64,000 nucleotides of DNA. Origin: Tubiluchus corallicola. Taxonomy: Eukaryota > Animalia > Priapulida. The first letter of the stretch is position 1; every line of letters begins with the position of its first letter. The translations under genes were made by a program, and so were the position numbers. Positions 57,931 to 64,000 of this stretch are shown piece after piece. Location of the stretch: positions 62,001 through 126,000 of the forward strand of contig JAQGDQ010000247.1 in assembly GCA_030141605.1 (NCBI GenBank), read 5' to 3'. The notes under the pieces are model-generated. The model was not told the origin of the DNA. It saw nothing but the letters and a program-made list of their open reading frames with translations, and ran no database searches.

Positions 57931-58220
57931 TTTGCAAACAGTGCTAAACAGTGAAACTTTGACAAGTGATAACCAAACTGCAACTCTGTCGTAACTAAAG
58001 ACTAAGACGTTCCTGGTGTCATTTAACGAGTAAAACGTCCGAAATGAAGTTCCAGGCTTTCTTCGAAAATGACGCCAGATTTCCTCTTATATAAATCATT
58101 AAGAAAAAGTCTAAAGTATGAGAAAATCTTAGTTAGAACATTTTCTTTCTGTTTTAGTGTAAAACTGAAACTTCTTAAAGTATGCAGTATTTGACCATTA
58201 ACGTTGTCCATTTCTTACAG

Positions 58221-59134
58221 ATAACTCGGACATCGAATCAGACTATCCGCCACAGCCGGCTCTGCAAGCTTACATGATGCGCAAGAAGATCTATGACTTG
58301 ACAGGAATGGACACAGTGAAATCAAAACTTTCAGAACGCTTGAAAGATGGCGACGAAGCTTGGGTAGAAAACGATCCGCATGATGAGCTGCCAGCACGTC
58401 AAGATGACGGCGGATACGAGGTCGAAGATCCCAGAAGGAGGACAACAGAAAGGGCGGAAAATGGTTATGTAAATCCCAATAGGGAAAGACCTCCTTTACC
58501 AGAGAAATTATTCCAAGAGATGTCAGAACGACCCAGGTTCGAGAACGGCGTACACGACCGAAATCAGCAGAACGGTACCTTGGAACGACGGAGTTACAAG
58601 CGACACGTTCCCGACGGTTATTATGTTGGAAAGCCGAGTACGAGAGTAAGTGACGCAGTTAGAATGATGGAGAACGGATACAGCGACATAAATCAAATTA
58701 GAAACGAAATGCACAGAAAAAATCCCAGTCAAACAACCCTGGACAGACGTGATTACGAAAACGGAACAGGAGGAAGTGGAAAGCATAGTTCAGAGAAGAT
58801 GATTAATTCGGAAAGCAATGATGCACAGAAATCAAAGAAAAAAGAGTACAATAACAACGAAGCAGTCAACGACACACTTATTCGCAATCATAAAAATAGA
58901 GAGGCCAATAACGTAACTGTAGATAATCGCGAAGATCAAAAATTCCATGACAAGCTGGAGCACAAACGTGACAATGAAGCAATCAATAATGCCGTTGTCC
59001 GAAAGCATGAAAACGAAACTCTTAACAGCCGTCCAAAGCTGAAACTGCCGCAGCAGGATAGTTTTTCTTTGGAAAGCGATAGTACAACGGAAATATCAAC
59101 AGCGACACTAGTTATGAAGGGCACCGATTGCTGA
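58221..59134 (+). CDS. exp: Expansion/Rebuf-like long terminal exon (DNSDIESDYPPQ...LVMKGTDC*), giving a 720-aa isoform
   Basis: tttcttacag acceptor, phase 1, continuous with the 286-aa ORF in the track. Hydrophilic, disordered composition. Confidence 0.8.
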
Positions 59135-59574
59135 GTTTTCGTAGTAGAAATAAGGAGCTAAAGTTTCAAGGGTCCAGAAGTTATCCCTGTGCCAAAATCA
59201 AGTGGTGGACTTTGTTCAATGGGTTGATGCTTTTGCCGATCTTCAATTATTAAAATACCGCCATTGGCAAGTTATTTAGGTAAAATTAATTACGAGCTTT
59301 CTTCAAATTTACTTTAGTAGATCGAGTTCTCGCACTAGCAGGTTTTCAAAGGATATCCTAGCTAGAGTATAAGGGCTATGTTTCTTCTAGTATTTTCAAA
59401 CTCCTCTATTTTTTTAGCTGGCAAATTTTCTGTGAAATTTTCCTGACAAAAATTTTTAAAATTTTTCTCACAGTCGAGAGATTCCACAATGAGTTCTTCA
59501 GCTGCTGAAACATTTTGATGGTCTGTCGGTCACTAAAGCGTTACTGTATAATCACCAACATTCTCCATTGTGGA

Positions 59575-59925
59575 CAGGACTGGATTATGAATTTTGGGGC
59601 CCCTAGACTAATTCACAATGGGCTCCCCTCAGATGGAGCCACCCTCTAACTCGTACACACCTGTTTTGAACATTTTTTCTCGCTATATATTTTAGCGACA
59701 TTTACGTAGCTAGAAGTAAACTTATTGCAAATTCTTTAAATAAACTAGAATAGCTCAATGAAACTATTCTTTAAGAAATACCACTATTTTAGTATTTATT
59801 GCAAACAAAATTAGCACACATTTCAACACAACTGTAGCAAAAGACGCATTTTTACCAAATTTTATCAAAGTTTGAGGGCCCCCAGCTTAAAGGGCCATAC
59901 GCTGTAGTCTATATTAGCCTATACT
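59575..59925 (+). mobile_element. hAT-like MITE, copy in the presumptive 3'UTR
   Basis: Collinear with 52979-53333. Confidence 0.7.
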
Positions 59926-61399
59926 GTAGATGCTGAGTTACTTATATCTGCTAAGCCATTGGTGTTACTTACAGATAAACTGGATTATTTTAGGAAATTG
60001 TATAGTTTATTTGATCTGTCTTTAGGCACAAGCATTAAGCTTTGAATAAATGGAATACGTATTTCAATAATGTTGACTGGACGATGTTCTCTGTATTCTA
60101 TAAGTATTAAACGTGTTACTTACAGGTGTAAAATAACTAAAATAAGAATCAATGAAACTTATTGGCAAGTGAGAGAAAGCTGAATTTGGACTTTCATTGT
60201 CTAATTTCATTGTCATTTTAAAGTACAAGTAAAGATACGAATGCGTTTGTCATGAACAATGCTTGGCATGTCTGCCACGAATCATTGATTGTTTCCAAAG
60301 CGGCACTGATGGCGTCATAGCTGGTTCACCATTACAAAAGTGGTTCTCTGTAACCACGGGATGTCTTATATTGATTGTTAAGCAATAATTAGCTTAGGAA
60401 AAATAAAACTTATTGTCATGTATAATTAGAAGAATAGAATTATTGTGTTTGGTGTAACTTATCTCAGCTACGGGTTGGGCCTTTATCCGTAATCAAAATT
60501 ATCTCACTTTCAAAATTTCGTAACCACGGAATTTTGGGACATCACCCCTTGATAATAATTTGTTTTCTTTTTGTGCATTGTGATTAAAATACATTAGTTT
60601 TTGTAATTATAATTGCTTCGTTGTTGTTTTGTAAAAATGCTCAAAACAAATGATTATAGTGACGCAATTGTGTATGATAATTCAAAACGTGAAAGAAGTG
60701 TAATAGTTCTTGACACTTCAAATATATGTGTAAAAGTCTTACAAAATACCCAGTTTTGACATTTAGTTTTAATACTGCTTTTATTTATTTATTTCATTTC
60801 TAATACATTAACATAATTTTAGTAATCATCCATATAATATTCACTATTTTCATCTAACATCAAGGCGATAAGTGATTTAATTAAATACAGTTAAGTCAGC
60901 CTGTGTAGTGCGTGATGTATAGGTTTATTGTAACATATGTCTACTTTAATATTTATATGTAATATTTTTGTACTGATAGACATTAATATTCGCCGGATAA
61001 ATTAAATTAAAGATTATGCTACTTAAAATTTTATACGTTTAGTTTATTTTGGTTGTTTTTTTCTTATTAGAAATCGAATTTTCTGGGCAACATTATCATC
61101 ATCATCATCATCTCTGGAGTCAGACGTCCTCTGACATGACCCTTTCAAAGCTACCCTGTGGGCAACAATGTATGCACAGTTAATTTGTGATGCATGAAAT
61201 CTTTTTTTGGTTATTATATACATGTGTAAAGCGGTCACACACGTGCAAACATGTTGAAAATATACTTCACTCAGTACTGAATTACAGATTGGTGATGGGG
61301 AAACCAAATGCTTGAGCTGAAAATAACTACCAACACCCACTTAAGCATAAACATAGCTGCTTATTTCAACACAATCATCTGCAACGTTTAGTTTAAACA

Positions 61400-62050
61400 T
61401 AATTTATTATAGGAATGGATCAGACAGTTTGTACAACATGATTTAGGATCCTCACCACAACAGACTTTATACACTATTTACAAAAACATTTACAGTAAGA
61501 ATGGACTATAACTACACAAGCTGACAAGTTTTACTACAAGATTACATTAGACATTAGTAGAAAATGACAGTTAGAAACTATTAATGTACGAATATTTAAG
61601 ACTGATGCATTTCATATCAGATAGAAACTACTGGAAGCGTTTAGTACGTAATATAAATTCATGTACACATTGGAATATTTTGCAGTTAGCAACATAGTTA
61701 AATTCATCTTTTCCGAATAATAACAACTTCAACAGATCATTAGTTCCTAAGGCAGCAATATTAAGATTTTCGGGCAGAAGTATTTCATTTAATTTATCAA
61801 ACATAAGAACCCTAGTTTGTTGATACAATGGGCAGTGCAACAAAAAGTGTTCAACAGACTCAAATCGAAATCCACAGTTACAATTCGGCAATACTGGATG
61901 ACCGTTATTATCTTTACAGCCTTTAGAGAAAAGGTCGTAGTTTAGCTGAGAAAATCCGATTCTCATGCGCGTATGATGCACTGAAATTGGAGGTTTACCA
62001 AATGAAAAAATCTGTAATGTTTCAACCATAACATGGTCACGATCACGCAA
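61400..62050 (-). mobile_element. 5'-truncated non-LTR retrotransposon: ORF2 C-terminus with CCHC zinc knuckle plus 3'UTR
   Basis: HTRMRIGFSQLN...CNCG...ESVEHFLLHCPLY...R...LLFG...FILRTKRF is typical of invertebrate CR1-group LINE ORF2 ends. Confidence 0.85.
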
Positions 62051-62615
62051 TTCTACCTAATAAAAACATAATGTACAAAAATTAATATCGAGTTTAAAAA
62101 ATCCACATTATGAAAAGCAAACAAAACAATTTCTAAATGTTATTGTTGAAACGTTGCAGATAATTGTGGTGAAATAAATAGTCATGTCTTTGCTTAAGTG
62201 GGTGCTGGAAGTTATTTTCTTCTTAAGTGTTGAATTAATATTGTTGATGTAAATTTTCATTTGCCACATGACAGAGTAATAATATGAATTGTCTGTCAAA
62301 ATTATACAATGCGTGAAAGTCTTAATAGTTAAATTCTTTCTTTCACATGCTCTTGTTTGACAATGAGAAATTTCAATACTTAATTTTACCCCAATAAACA
62401 AATCAATTACAGATACTAGGTCGTCGTTTTAGTTTTGGGCTGCGAAACAAAACAAAGCTCCTCTGGATTCTGCATTGATTATGGAACATTCAACACCTAA
62501 GGGTGAACATTGCTTTATACTGACACCCCACGTCTCCTTGATAATTTCCGAAGACTCCATAAAGCTATTTGAGCTTGAAGATTAGCCCTGCAAGCCATCG
62601 ATCCTGACAAACCAC

Positions 62616-62724
<109 letters not shown>

Positions 62725-64000
62725 AAGCAATTCCAGAATTCCAGGATGACCTGGCATATTTCTTATCCCGCCTTGTGATGATCCATCTTGTATAGTTGTT
62801 GTTTCTATAATGTTATTAATGAAATTATCTAACTAGAAATGTTATCTTAATTAATAATGAATATTTTAGGAAATTAAAACACATACTTTTCGTAGCATGT
62901 CATCTAACATACAAAATAGAACACTGAATTTGTGATAAAAATAACCACTTATGACAAGTTTTATTATCAGCACTTATAAACAAAAAGAGAACAAAATACA
63001 CAAAAGCTCTAAAGTAACATCAATGAGATACCAGGCCATGGAACAACTATGTCAGGAACCAAGGATGTAGTAACCTCTATACGCTTTTATACTGGCATTG
63101 CAGGTTAGCTGGCTTCTTATATTACAATTGCTCCCAAACAAGATGTCTGATTCTACACAAAAGGGGTTGAGTCGCTGCTAACCTGGAGGTAGGGCTCTCA
63201 GAGGACCCTATACTTGACCCGACAACACGTACCTCCGTAACAATATAATTCTCGTGTTATATTTAAGTAAATATGTGCTTTAAAATAAAAGATTAATCAT
63301 CGTTAATCAGCTTCATCAATCTTTCTTAATTGATCTTAATCAGTTGTTACACCTTAGTGCTGAATGGGAGACTAATAGAAGACGTATTTTATTGTTATAC
63401 ATTGTGTCAGCCAATCAACAATACATTGAGTTGTTTTATTAGCAGAGCACAACAAATTAGTAAGCTATGGACTTCACCTATTTCAAAGATTGACTAAATG
63501 AAATCTATAAAAACAAAACACGGAACATCTAATTCCAGTCGCTAGATGGCGCAGCGACAGTGTTCTCCTATGCTGACTTGCGAAGCTGTCCGAGTGATCG
63601 CGTTGTTGTCAGCTGCTGTATCACAAGGATTCAGAATTTGCATTAATATTCCTATGGTACGTGTAACGTATTAGGTGGCGCAAAAAAGTGCCGAAGTTTT
63701 GATCACGATATTACAAGAAGAAAATAACAGAATCATTTGCAAATTACAGCACTGGTGTTACAGACGTTTCTGTATAAAAATCAAAAATTTTAGGTCGTCC
63801 CTTAGGTTTGTCCAAAGATACAGGAGCTTTAAACTACAAGTCAAAAAATAATTCTACTTACAGTAATCCATATGACTAAGTCCCGTTTTTAGACAACACC
63901 TCTTTATAATGTTTTATTCTCTGTGATGCCATCTATTAAGTACTTTAAAAATCAACATGGCTATTTTTCAGTTAATGAATATAGCTGATATCGTTCTGGC

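Noticed and set aside
61628-62050. 140-aa zinc-finger host gene
   Set aside because: It is the C-terminal CCHC segment of a truncated LINE ORF2.

Overview
AT-rich, microsatellite- and transposon-rich animal (invertebrate-type) genomic DNA, not prokaryotic. The main feature is a + strand spliced gene whose exons join in frame through GT-AG introns. It encodes an Expansion/Rebuf-family protein: an MH2-only atypical Smad with a long low-complexity tail. Coding exons: 21675-21730, 38896-38980, 44960-45117, 45831-45903, 46320-46481, 47013-47205, 48491-48738, 49057-49207, 50042-50164, 58221-59134 (720 aa). The sequence also suggests two further phase-compatible first coding exons (23359-23387, 29937-29989) and an alternative short last exon (52581-52621, 429-aa form). 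Nested antisense in the 17-kb first coding intron is an intact 254-aa single-ORF gene (32131-32895) that I cannot assign to a family; its HxE...CxC layout recalls zinc-dependent deaminases. The rest is LINE fragments (CR1/L2-like, RTE-like), tRNA-derived SINEs, MITEs (including a hAT element with an 8-bp TSD nested in a Harbinger-like element), minisatellites, two long hairpins and many simple repeats. Most ORFs in the supplied track are repeat artefacts. Family assignments come from motif recognition, not database searches.
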